Source: Dehalococcoidia bacterium (GTDB lineage Bacteria > Chloroflexota > Dehalococcoidia > Lucifugimonadales > CAJWER01). From it: a DNA stretch of 64,000 bases. The stretch spans positions 2,059,934-2,123,933 of the forward strand of contig OZ242024.1 in the NCBI GenBank assembly GCA_965204975.1, in the 5' to 3' direction. A model generated the notes under the pieces. It saw only the letters and a list, made by a program, of their open reading frames with translations, was not told the DNA's origin and ran no database searches. Made by a program: the position numbers and the translations under genes. Below are positions 9,041-17,617 of this stretch, piece after piece; position 1 is the first letter of the stretch, and every line of letters begins with the position of its first letter.

Positions 9041-12000
9041 CTAATCCGTTGTGATAGTGGGGACTTCTAGTTCCTCCAGGATGGCCGTGAAGGCTGGAAT
9101 GTCGTTGTCGACTACGTCCTGGACGGTGTCGAACTGGGTCTGGAGGCGGGCTGATAGGTCGTCCAGGAGCTCGTAGGAGGCGGCGGTGGGGGGCCAGTCG
9201 GCGCCGGCTACGATGCCCATGAGCTCCTTGAGCTTGGCGAAGAGGCCGACGGGTATGCCCCTGGGCTGTTCGCCCGCGGACCTGAAGGGGACGATCTCGT
9301 TCTCGGCGTCCGAGAGTCTCTTGTGGATGCGGGAAGCGGCCGCTCCTATCTCCTCAGGGGCGCCCTCACCGGCCCGGTTTTCCCACTCGTCGAGCTGGAC
9401 CTTGATGGCGCGGATGGACAGCACGCGGTCCCTCGTTTCGTCGTACCTGTCGCGTATGCGGAGCTGGAGGGCGAGCTGTGCGTCCAGGTCGGCCTGGGCG
9501 GCATTCGAGCGCGGGTCCATGAGGACTTCCAGAGGGGCCGTGCGGGACTCGCCACCGGCTGTGAGTCTGACGGTGTAGGTGCCCGGAGAGGCGAGTGGGG
9601 CGATCTTGGCCGCGCCGAAGGGGCTCGCGCCGCCGGCCTCGTCCGGGAGGTCCTCGGAGGTCGTGTATCGCAGGTCCCACCAGGTGCGGTTCAGGCCCGT
9701 CCTGGCGTTCAGCCTGTCCGCGCCCTCACCGCAGGTCGAGAGACGCCTGACGACCGTGCCGGCGTCGTCCAGCACTTCGACGGCGACCTCGCCCTCCGGA
9801 GCGGCGTCGAGATGGAAATCGACGGCCGCACCCTCTGGCGGATTCACGCCGGAGTCGAGTCCCTTCCTGGTCGTGCGGCCATCGCTGTCTGCGCTCTCGG
9901 TCCAGGACGCGGGGGCTCCCAGGATGTCGCTGGCGTAGTGCTTGCCGGGGCCCGACTCCACAATGGAGCCTAGCTGCTTCATGAAGCGCGTGGCCGGGCG
10001 CGGCTCGTAGAGGTGCGTAGCAGCGGGCGCACCAGCGGCGGACTGGCGGAGCGGGGTGAGGTCGTCCAGCACCCAGATGGAGCGCCCGTGCGTGGCGGCG
10101 ACCAGATCGGCGTCCTTCACCTCGAGGTCGTATATGGGCACGATGGGCAGGTTGAGCTGCATGCGGGTCCAGTTGGCGCCGTCGTCGGTGGATGCGTACA
10201 CGCCGGTCTCGGTGCCAGCGTAGAGCAAGCCGGGCTGCTCGGGGTCCTCCCTGAGGACACGGGTGAAGTCGTCGGCTGGGATGCCGTCGACGATGGGAGT
10301 CCAGGTCGCGCCGTAGTCGTTCGTCCTGAAGAGGAAGGGGCGGTTGTCGTCGAGCTTGTACCTGGTGGCCGCGAGGTAGGCGGTGGCCGGGTCGTGGCGG
10401 GACGGCTCGATGAAGCTGACCATCGTCCACTCGGGCAGGCCGTCCGGGGTTACGTCGCTCCAGGTCCCGCCGCCGTCCCGGGAGACGTGTACGAGGCCGT
10501 CGTCGGTCCCCGCCCAGAGCAGGCCGGGCTCAAGGGGGGACTCGGCGAAGGCGTATATGGTGCAGTAGATTTCGCCCCACGGCCCCTCGGACGTGATGGG
10601 GCCGGACAGCTCCTGCTTCGTGGGGTCGTTCCGAGTCAGGTCGGGGCTGATGGCCTGCCAGGTGGTGCCCTCGTCTGTCGACTTGAAGGCGATGTTGCCG
10701 GTGGCGTAGAGGGTGTCGGGGTCGTGAGGCGATAGGGTGATGGGGAACTCCCAGCCGAAGCGGTACCTGTTCAGCTTCGGGGGCGAGTTCTGGTAGTACT
10801 CGGGCCAGACCATGATGGCCCTGACCTGGCCGCTGCCGTGGTCGTATCTCAGGAGGGTACCGCCGGGGTAGGAGGAATAGACGATGTCCGGGTCGGTCGG
10901 CTTGACGGCCACCTTGCCGCTCTCGGACAGTCCTATGGTGTAGCAGTCCTCCCACGGGATCACCCCCTTGACCGAGCGGCTGGGGACGCTGACGGCGCTG
11001 TTGTCCTGCTGTGCGCCGTAGACGCGGTAGGGAGTCTGGTTGTCGGCGACGACGGAGTAGAGCTGGGACGTGGGCTGGTTGTAGATGGAGCTCCAGGTCT
11101 CGCCGGCGTTGTAGGTGACGCACGCGCCGCCGTCGTTGCCCTCTATCATCCGTCGCGTGTCGGACGGGTCGATCCAGAGGTCGTGCTGGTCCGAGTGGGG
11201 CATGTTGATCTGCTCGAAGGTCGTACCGCCGTCGGTCGACCTGAGCGCCTTGGGCGCGAGGACGTACACGGTATCGGGGCTCACTGGATCGGCGAAGACG
11301 TGGGTGTAGTACCAGGGCCTGCTGCGCACGTCCTCCGTGTCGTTGAGCTTCTGCCACGACTCGCCGCCATCGTCGGAGCGGAAGAGCCCGCCGTCCTCGG
11401 CCTCGATGAGCGCCCAGACGCGGCCCGTTCTGGCGGGTGACACGGCGACTCCGATGCGGCCCACCACTCCCTCGGGCAGGCCGGGGTTGCGGGTCAGCTC
11501 GTCCCAGGTGTCGCCGCCGTCGGTGGAGCGGTAGAGGCCGCTGCCGGGGCCGCCGCTGTTCATGGCCCAGAAGGAGCGCCGGGCCTCCCACAAGGAGGCG
11601 TAGAGTATGCGGGGATTGTTGGGGTCCATCGACAGGTCGGCCGCGCCGGCGTCATCGCTCTTGTACAGGATGTTCTGCCACGACTCGCCGCCGTCTCTCG
11701 ACCTGAAGATGCCGCGCTGGGCGCTGGGTCCGAAGGCGTGACCGAATGCGGCGACGTACACGAGGTCGGGATTGTTGGGATGGACGCGGACGCGGGAGAT
11801 GTGGCGGGTGTCGTCGAGGCCGAGGTGCTTCCAGGTCGCGCCCGCGTCGTCGGAGCGGTATACGCCGTCGCCGTGGGTGACGTCGATGCGGATGCACGTC
11901 TCGCCCATTCCTGCGTAGATGACGTTGGGGTCGGACTGGGCGATGGCGATCGCGCCTACTGAGGCGGTGTTCAGGTATCCGTCGGATACGTTCTGCCAGT

Positions 12001-12178
12001 AGGTCCCGCCGTCGGTGGACTTCCAGACGCCTCCGGCGACGGACCCGAAGTAGAAGAGGCGCGGGTCGACGGGGTCTCCGGCGACGGCTACGACGCGCCC
12101 GGCCCGGTAGGGCCCGATGCAGCGCCATTCGAGCGCGCCTTCGAGGGCGTCGACGGAATTGGGGTGACTGGAGGTCAT
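9041..12178 (-). CDS. BNR/Asp-box repeat, double beta-propeller protein (VPS10/sortilin- or GH74-like), paralog 1
   Basis: Ten Asp-boxes: STDGGTYW, SDDAGATW, SRDGGESW, STDGGDTW, SDDGGESW, STDGGTTF, STDEGTTW, SRDGGGTW, TNDYGATW, STDDGANW. Start set at ATG 12178 by alignment with the paralog at 23837 (the track ORF extends to 12220). Confidence 0.9.
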   Translation of the reverse strand: MTSSHPNSVDALEGALEWRCIGPYRAGRVVAVAGDPVDPRLFYFGSVAGGVWKSTDGGTYWQNVSDGYLNTASVGAIAIAQSDPNVIYAGMGETCIRIDVTHGDGVYRSDDAGATWKHLGLDDTRHISRVRVHPNNPDLVYVAAFGHAFGPSAQRGIFRSRDGGESWQNILYKSDDAGAADLSMDPNNPRILYASLWEARRSFWAMNSGGPGSGLYRSTDGGDTWDELTRNPGLPEGVVGRIGVAVSPARTGRVWALIEAEDGGLFRSDDGGESWQKLNDTEDVRSRPWYYTHVFADPVSPDTVYVLAPKALRSTDGGTTFEQINMPHSDQHDLWIDPSDTRRMIEGNDGGACVTYNAGETWSSIYNQPTSQLYSVVADNQTPYRVYGAQQDNSAVSVPSRSVKGVIPWEDCYTIGLSESGKVAVKPTDPDIVYSSYPGGTLLRYDHGSGQVRAIMVWPEYYQNSPPKLNRYRFGWEFPITLSPHDPDTLYATGNIAFKSTDEGTTWQAISPDLTRNDPTKQELSGPITSEGPWGEIYCTIYAFAESPLEPGLLWAGTDDGLVHVSRDGGGTWSDVTPDGLPEWTMVSFIEPSRHDPATAYLAATRYKLDDNRPFLFRTNDYGATWTPIVDGIPADDFTRVLREDPEQPGLLYAGTETGVYASTDDGANWTRMQLNLPIVPIYDLEVKDADLVAATHGRSIWVLDDLTPLRQSAAGAPAATHLYEPRPATRFMKQLGSIVESGPGKHYASDILGAPASWTESADSDGRTTRKGLDSGVNPPEGAAVDFHLDAAPEGEVAVEVLDDAGTVVRRLSTCGEGADRLNARTGLNRTWWDLRYTTSEDLPDEAGGASPFGAAKIAPLASPGTYTVRLTAGGESRTAPLEVLMDPRSNAAQADLDAQLALQLRIRDRYDETRDRVLSIRAIKVQLDEWENRAGEGAPEEIGAAASRIHKRLSDAENEIVPFRSAGEQPRGIPVGLFAKLKELMGIVAGADWPPTAASYELLDDLSARLQTQFDTVQDVVDNDIPAFTAILEELEVPTITTD

Positions 12179-12410
12179 TTGGCTGGCACCTTGTCTGTGG
12201 GAGTCGCCCGGGACGTGCAAGGGCCGCCGGGCGGGGGAAGTATATTACACATGATTTGCGGCGGGCGTGATACCGTCGGGTACGAGAGGAGCCGCCGGGA
12301 CGATACAATCGAAGATGTTCAGGAGGGGGCTGCGGGTAGCTACTCGGTGGGGGTGCCTAATGGCCCCGGGGCGGACAGGCCTCGCGCTAGCGGCTTTGCT
12401 CTTCATCGCC

Positions 12411-12578
12411 CCGCTCCACATCCCGCCACCCCTGTTCCACATCCGTCCATCACCGCTCCACATCCGTCCGTCACCGCTCCACATCCGTCCATCCACGCTC
12501 CACATCCGTCCATCCACGCTCCACATCCGTCCACCCCCGCTCCACATCCCACCACCCCCGCTCCACATCCCCTCCCTC
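12411..12578. repeat. Tandem array, 8 x 21 bp (consensus CCGCTCCACATCCGTCCATCA)
   Basis: Contiguous head-to-tail 21-mers read directly. The reverse complement recurs at 61504-61655. Confidence 0.9.
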
Positions 12579-12647
12579 TCTCTCCCTCCCAATCGTCGTT
12601 CCGGCCCCCGAGCCCCCACCCAGGGGCGGCGCGGGGGCTCCCCCTCC

Positions 12648-12790
12648 CCATCATCCCCCTCTCCCCTCCGTGACCTCCGTGCCCTCTGTGGTTAAATCCC
12701 CCTCTTCCCTCCGCGACCTCCGCGCCCTCTGCGGTTAAATCCCCCTCTTCCCTCCGCGACCTCCGCGCCCTCTGCGGTTAATCTCCCCCT
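12648..12790. repeat. Tandem array, ~3 x 43 bp (CCTCCGCGACCTCCGCGCCCTCTGCGGTTAAATCCCCCTCTTC)
   Basis: GTTAA recurs at 12691, 12734 and 12777, giving a 43-bp period. The reverse complement recurs at 61405-61490. Confidence 0.9.
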
Positions 12791-12937
12791 GCCATTTGAC
12801 TAGCACGAACGCCCGTGCTATTATCTCCCCATGAGGACCTCCACACAAGACCCGGCACATGGTCCCCTGGCTGCGACGTAGAACACTCCGGAACAGATCG
12901 GAACAAATCCGGCAAATTCGGGGGCTGTGGTTCTCCC

Positions 12938-12963
12938 GTAGGGGCGGGTTTCAAACCCGCCCT
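12938..12963. repeat. Family A hairpin repeat GTAGGGGCGGGTTTSAAACCCGCCCT
   Basis: Copies at 12938-12963, 50042-50067 and 63195-63221 (reverse orientation). Confidence 0.85.
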
Positions 12964-13002
12964 CCCCGGCGCGGGGCGCGGCGCTCCCCCTTCCACTGGC
13001 CG

Positions 13003-13042
13003 GTCCCTTCTCCCCTCGCGGGAGAAGGTTAGGATGAGGGGG
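13003..13042. repeat. Family B hairpin repeat GTCCCTTCTCCCCNNGCGGGAGAAGGTTAGGATGAGGGG
   Basis: Near-identical copy at 39006-39044. A related variant cccttccccccgagggggaaattaag lies at about 13060-13095. Confidence 0.85.
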
Positions 13043-13100
13043 CTCCCCGGCGGGGCGGCGTGGCGGTCCCCCTTCCCCCCGAGGGGGAAATTAAGCCTGT

Positions 13101-13146
13101 CCTGAGCTTGCCGAATGGGATGGGGGCTCTCGCCCTGCCGAAGGGC
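13101..13146. repeat. Family C repeat (GCCCTGAGCTTGYCGAAGGG and its complement)
   Basis: cctgagcttgccgaa ... gccctgccgaagggc. Other copies at 23550-23568, 23676-23715, 28455-28475, 33998-34027 and 63347-63374. Confidence 0.75.
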
Positions 13147-13157
13147 GCGGTCTTCGT

Positions 13158-13829
13158 CTAGCGGACTGCCTTGGGAGGAGTGGTGAGCCTGCAGGTGTGG
13201 TCGTGGGAGCAGGCCCAGGCGTAGAGGGGTTCGGAGCGGCTGAACCATGAGAGGGCTATGTCGCGTAGTTGGGCGTCGATTTGCCAGGGGAGCAGGTCGG
13301 GGCGGTTGGCGGCGAGGATTGGGCGGGCGAGCCGCAGGGCCGATATGGCTTCGACTGCCGAGACGGGGATGACGTAGGGGCGGAGGCATCGCGGCTGGGC
13401 ATTCTGGGGATCGTGGGCGAGGATGTCCGCGATGAGCGCCTGTGCTTCGGCTGCTATTCTGGGGATGCGGTCGCTGCCTGGAGTGAAGGTCCTGCCGACC
13501 ATTTCCCTGAATCCGGCCGGGGTCGTCTCGCGTCCTGCCAGGCACTCGGCGGCCACGTAGACGGCGGCGTAGTGGTCGAAGTCGGCCAGCGCGTCGTCGA
13601 CGGCGTCAGGGCTGTCGTCGAACAGGGGAAGGACCGCGAGCTCGTAGTCGCTCCTGGACGGCCAGCCGGCGGGATCGGCGGCGAGCTCCGCCACAAGCCT
13701 GCCGGTGAGCTGCTCGACGGCGTTCGATGGCGCAGTTGGTGCCGGCTGCGGGGTGGTCGGCTCGGTGCCGGTTCCGGCGGCGCACCCGATCAGCCATACG
13801 ACTAACACGACGAGCACGGCCCTTCGCAT
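13158..13829 (-). CDS. Hypothetical lipoprotein
   Basis: 223-aa ORF. The N-terminus MRRAVLVVLVVWLIGCAAG is a signal peptide with lipobox L-I-G-C. No recognisable domain. Confidence 0.7.
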   Translation of the reverse strand: MRRAVLVVLVVWLIGCAAGTGTEPTTPQPAPTAPSNAVEQLTGRLVAELAADPAGWPSRSDYELAVLPLFDDSPDAVDDALADFDHYAAVYVAAECLAGRETTPAGFREMVGRTFTPGSDRIPRIAAEAQALIADILAHDPQNAQPRCLRPYVIPVSAVEAISALRLARPILAANRPDLLPWQIDAQLRDIALSWFSRSEPLYAWACSHDHTCRLTTPPKAVR

Positions 13830-13842
13830 GCGGGCCCGCGTC

Positions 13843-14565
13843 TCAGCCGCCCTGGCCGTCGAGGAGGGCCGGCAGCTCGGACAGGCTCTCGATGCGCGGG
13901 CACTCCCGGTAGCGAGGGTGGTTCCCGTCGCGGTCGATCAGGACGGCGCCGATTCCGACGGCGAGAGCGCCCTGGACATCGGAGGAGAGTTGATCGCCGA
14001 CGTGGACGGCCTCGTCCGCATGGACGCCCGCCCTGGACAGGGCCGACCGGAATATGGCGGGGTCTGGCTTCGCCGCGCCGGCGTCGCCGGACGTGACGGC
14101 AACGTGGAAGAGTCCGGCCAGGCCGAGGCTGGCTACGAGCTGGTCGCCGCCGGTATCCATGTTGGAGATGAGGCCGGTCAGCAGGCCGCGGCCCCGGAGG
14201 GTCCGAAGGGTGGGTGCTGCGTCCGGATACGGAGCGAGCTCGTAGGGTATCTGTTGTATGTGGCGCCATATCTTGCCGGCGGTCTCGAGGGAGACCTCGA
14301 CGCCGCTGCCCCTGACGATGCGTCGCTGGTACTCCGCGAAGAAGGCGTTCCTCTCGGCGGGGGTGCGACGCCCTATGTGATGGATGGCGTTCTCGCGGCT
14401 CATGTAGGCGTCGGCGTCGGCGTAGCCCCGCAGGACGCCCTCCGGCGTGAGGGTGATCCCGAACTCGGCGCAGGCCGTGGACTGAACCTCGAAGCGGCCG
14501 GGCTCGAATCCGGCGATGGTGCCGTAGAGGTCGAAGAAGACGGCTTTCAGCATCGGTTGGGTCAT
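13843..14565 (-). CDS. HAD-IA family hydrolase (haloacid dehalogenase type II-like)
   Basis: Motif I FFDLYGT, motif II LISNMD, motif III KPDPAIF, motif IV VGDQLSSDVQGA. Start at internal ATG 14565; the longer track ORF reaching 14946 overlaps the divergent gene. Confidence 0.85.
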   Translation of the reverse strand: MTQPMLKAVFFDLYGTIAGFEPGRFEVQSTACAEFGITLTPEGVLRGYADADAYMSRENAIHHIGRRTPAERNAFFAEYQRRIVRGSGVEVSLETAGKIWRHIQQIPYELAPYPDAAPTLRTLRGRGLLTGLISNMDTGGDQLVASLGLAGLFHVAVTSGDAGAAKPDPAIFRSALSRAGVHADEAVHVGDQLSSDVQGALAVGIGAVLIDRDGNHPRYRECPRIESLSELPALLDGQGG

Positions 14566-14590
14566 ATGGCTATGGTAGCATCGTGCGGCT

Positions 14591-15610
14591 ATGGAGGCTG
14601 GGAAGCTACCGTTCGAGTTGCTTTCGGAGATGCTGGGGAAGCTGGACGCCCGGGATCCCAGGGTCGTGCTGGGGCCGCAGCCGGGCGAGGACGCGGCGCT
14701 GATCGACTTCGGCGACCGGTACCTGGTGGCGAAGAGCGACCCCATCACCTTCGCGACGGACCTGATCGGCTGGTACGTGGTGCAGGTCAACGCCAACGAC
14801 CTGGCGGTGATGGGCGCGACGCCGCGGTGGCTGATGGCGACGCTGCTGCTGCCCGAGGGCTCGGACCGGGCGATGGTGGAGTCAGTATTCGACCAGCTCT
14901 CGAATGCGTGCCGCGAGCACGACATCACCCTGGTCGGCGGGCACACGGAGGTGACCTACGATCTGCCCCGGCCCATCGTGGTTGGCGCGATGCTGGGCGA
15001 GGTGGCTAAGGAACGGGTGGTGCTGACGTCAGGGGCGAAGGCGGGGGACAGCATCGTGCTTACAAAGGGGGTCGCGGTGGAGGGCACGGCGATCCTGGCG
15101 CGTGAGGCAGCCGGGGCGCTTAGGGCTGCAGGCTTGGGCGAGGAGGTCCTGACTCGGGCCGCGAGTCTGCTGTTCGAGCCGGGCATCAGCGTCCGCAGGG
15201 AGGCCGAGATAGCGTGCGATGCGGGGGCGCGCTCGATGCACGACCCGACGGAGGGAGGGCTCGCGACGGGGCTGCTGGAGATGGCGTCGGCGAGCGGCCT
15301 CGGCGTGCAGGTGGACGCGGCGAGCATCCCGGTGCTGCCGGAGTGCCGCGAGATCTGCGAGACGCTGGGGCTGGCCCCCATGGGCCTGATTGCGTCCGGG
15401 GCGCTCCTGGCAGCCGTTCCGCCCGAGCGCGCTGCAGGGCTGATCGACGCGCTGGGCGACGCCGGAGTCGAGGCGTGGGAGATCGGCAGGTTCACGGAGC
15501 CGACGGCCGGGCTGAGGCTGGCGACCGGGTCGGGAGTCGAGGAGCTGTCCAGGTTCGACCGGGACGAGCTGGCCCGGTATTTCGGGTCGCAGGTTACGAG
15601 TAGCGGATGA
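14591..15610 (+). CDS. AIR synthase-related (PurM/ThiL/HypE superfamily) protein
   Basis: N-domain GEDAALIDF, DPITF and NANDLAVMGA, followed by a PurM-like C-domain. 339 aa. Confidence 0.85.
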   Translation: MEAGKLPFELLSEMLGKLDARDPRVVLGPQPGEDAALIDFGDRYLVAKSDPITFATDLIGWYVVQVNANDLAVMGATPRWLMATLLLPEGSDRAMVESVFDQLSNACREHDITLVGGHTEVTYDLPRPIVVGAMLGEVAKERVVLTSGAKAGDSIVLTKGVAVEGTAILAREAAGALRAAGLGEEVLTRAASLLFEPGISVRREAEIACDAGARSMHDPTEGGLATGLLEMASASGLGVQVDAASIPVLPECREICETLGLAPMGLIASGALLAAVPPERAAGLIDALGDAGVEAWEIGRFTEPTAGLRLATGSGVEELSRFDRDELARYFGSQVTSSG

Positions 15611-16691
15611 TGCCCCGGCCGTCCTCGCCGCGCACGAGGGCGGCGAAGCCCTCGTTGATCTCGTCCAGGGAGTACGTCCTGGTGACGAGGCTGTCGACGT
15701 CGAGCTGGCCCTTCAGGTAGAAGCCGACCAGCTTGTCGAAGGTCTCGTGGGGGCTGGCCGCGCCGTAGTAGGCGCCGACCAGGGTCTTCTGGTTCCGCAG
15801 GAACTCCACCATGTCGATGGGGGTGGTCTCGCCGACGTGCCCGAGTCCGATCATTACTGCGGTGCCCGCCTTTCGGAGGGCCAGCACCGCGTTGTTGGTG
15901 GTCTGGGCGCTGCCGAAGCTGTCGAAGGCCATGTCCACGCCGCCGCCGGTGATCTCCCTGATGGCCTCGACGGGGTCCTGCTCGCGTGAGTTCACCACGT
16001 CGGTCGCGCCGAACTTGTAGCTGAACTCCAGCTTGTGGTCGTGGACGTCGACGGCGATTATGCGGCTGGCGTTGAAGAGCCTCGCGCCCTGTATGACGCT
16101 GAGGCCGACGCCGCCGCACCCGAAGACGGCGACGGTCATGCCGACCCTGGCCGCGGGTATGTTTATGACGGAGCCGACGCCTGTGGTGACGCAGCACCCT
16201 ATGAGGGCCGCGACGTGCATGGGCACCCCGTCAGGGATGGGGTGGGCGGCCTGCTGGGGAGCGACGAGGGACTCGCCGAACACGCCGAGCTTGCTCATCT
16301 GGCCGATCTCGGTGTCGCCGTCGTGAAGGCGCACCGTGCCGTCGTATTGCCGGGAGCCGGTCTCGAGATTCGTGTCGCATAGCTGGGGATTGCCTGTCCT
16401 GCACTGGCGGCAGTGGCCGCAGTTGGAGACGAATGAGAGGATGCAGCGGTCGCCGGGCTTCACCCGGGTCACGTCCTCTCCGACCTCGGTGACGATGCCC
16501 GCGCCCTCGTGTCCCAGGACGATGGGGACGGGCTGGATGGCCGTGCCCTTCATGACGTGGTAGTCGCTGGCGCAGAGCCCCGCCACCTCGGTCTTGACGC
16601 GCACCTCCTGGGCCTTGGGCGGGTCCTGCCGCAGGTCCATGATTTCGAGGGGGCGGTCTATCTCCGTCAGGACGGCGGCTTTCAAGGGCAT
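15594..16691 (-). CDS. Zinc-dependent alcohol dehydrogenase (class III-like MDR)
   Basis: GHEGAGIVTEVG, structural Zn cluster CGHCRQCRTGNPQLC, Rossmann GCGGVGLS. Confidence 0.93.
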   Translation of the reverse strand: MPLKAAVLTEIDRPLEIMDLRQDPPKAQEVRVKTEVAGLCASDYHVMKGTAIQPVPIVLGHEGAGIVTEVGEDVTRVKPGDRCILSFVSNCGHCRQCRTGNPQLCDTNLETGSRQYDGTVRLHDGDTEIGQMSKLGVFGESLVAPQQAAHPIPDGVPMHVAALIGCCVTTGVGSVINIPAARVGMTVAVFGCGGVGLSVIQGARLFNASRIIAVDVHDHKLEFSYKFGATDVVNSREQDPVEAIREITGGGVDMAFDSFGSAQTTNNAVLALRKAGTAVMIGLGHVGETTPIDMVEFLRNQKTLVGAYYGAASPHETFDKLVGFYLKGQLDVDSLVTRTYSLDEINEGFAALVRGEDGRGIIRYS

Positions 16692-16836
16692 CCCTCCGTG
16701 GCGGGCCAGGGTCGTGGGGCAACCCTAACTATATGAAGAGGCCGGATGGCAGTCAAGGCGCGAGCAGGGGATGAGCGGGAGCCACAGGGGCCGTGTTATA
16801 TAATGCCATCGTCAGGTTTGCTCAGGGAGTAAGGCG

Positions 16837-17601
16837 ATGTCGGTTCGCATAGATATGAACTGCGACATGGGCGAGAGCTTCGGGATGTACAAGATGGGGC
16901 TCGACGAGGAGATCATCCGCCACGTGAGCTCGGCGAACATCGCGTGCGGGTTCCATGCAGGCGACCCAACGTGGATGCGGACGACGGTGCAGCTGGCCGA
17001 GGAGAACGGCGTGGCCGTCGGGGCGCACCCGAGCTACCCGGACCTGGTGGGCTTCGGCCGCCGGAACATGAACGCGACGGCTGACGAGGTCAAGTGCGAC
17101 GTGGCGTACCAGCTCGGAGCGCTGCAGGCGTTCACGGCCGGGAAGCGCTTACAGCACGTGAAGCCCCACGGGGCGATGTACAACCAGGCGGTGGACGACG
17201 AGGACCTGGCGCGGGCCATATGCGAGGCTGCGCTGGAGTTCGACCCCGGCATCATCCTCGTGGCGCTGGCCGGGTCGAAGTGGGTCGAGACCGCGGCTGA
17301 GATGGGGATGAAGGTCGCGCCGGAGATATTCGCCGACCGCGCCCTCAACGCCGACGGGACGCTGGTGTCCCGCTCGAAGCCAGGCGCCGTGCTGCACGAC
17401 GTGGGCGAGGTGGTGGATCGGAGCGTGCAGATGGTGACCGAGGGCGTCGCGACGGCGATCACGGGCGAGCGCATCGACGTGGAGGCGTCGTCGATCTGCA
17501 TCCACGGCGACACGCCGGGCGCGGTGGAGATGGCGGCGCAGGTGCGCCAGGGGCTGGAGTCGAGCGGCGTCGAGGTCGTTCCGATGGCCTCGCTGGTGTA
17601 G
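16837..17601 (+). CDS. pxpA: 5-oxoprolinase subunit A (LamB/YcsF family)
   Basis: N-terminus IDMNCDMGESFG. 254 aa. Followed by pxpB and pxpC. Confidence 0.93.
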   Translation: MSVRIDMNCDMGESFGMYKMGLDEEIIRHVSSANIACGFHAGDPTWMRTTVQLAEENGVAVGAHPSYPDLVGFGRRNMNATADEVKCDVAYQLGALQAFTAGKRLQHVKPHGAMYNQAVDDEDLARAICEAALEFDPGIILVALAGSKWVETAAEMGMKVAPEIFADRALNADGTLVSRSKPGAVLHDVGEVVDRSVQMVTEGVATAITGERIDVEASSICIHGDTPGAVEMAAQVRQGLESSGVEVVPMASLV

Positions 17602-17617
17602 CTGCGCGTCTGTTGCT

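Noticed and set aside
12245-12619. ORFs translating the 21-mer arrays into a GDGRMW(S/G) heptad-repeat protein (12245-12619 minus strand; 61494-61994 plus strand)
   Set aside because: The open frames are explained by the GC-rich repeat itself. Sequences outside the arrays are not homologous at the protein level, no SD is present, and several frames are open at once. Coding cannot be fully excluded without expression data.
12411-12790. Possible CRISPR array (regular short repeats)
   Set aside because: The units are contiguous head-to-tail (21-bp and 43-bp periods) with no unique spacers. No cas genes are present in the window.
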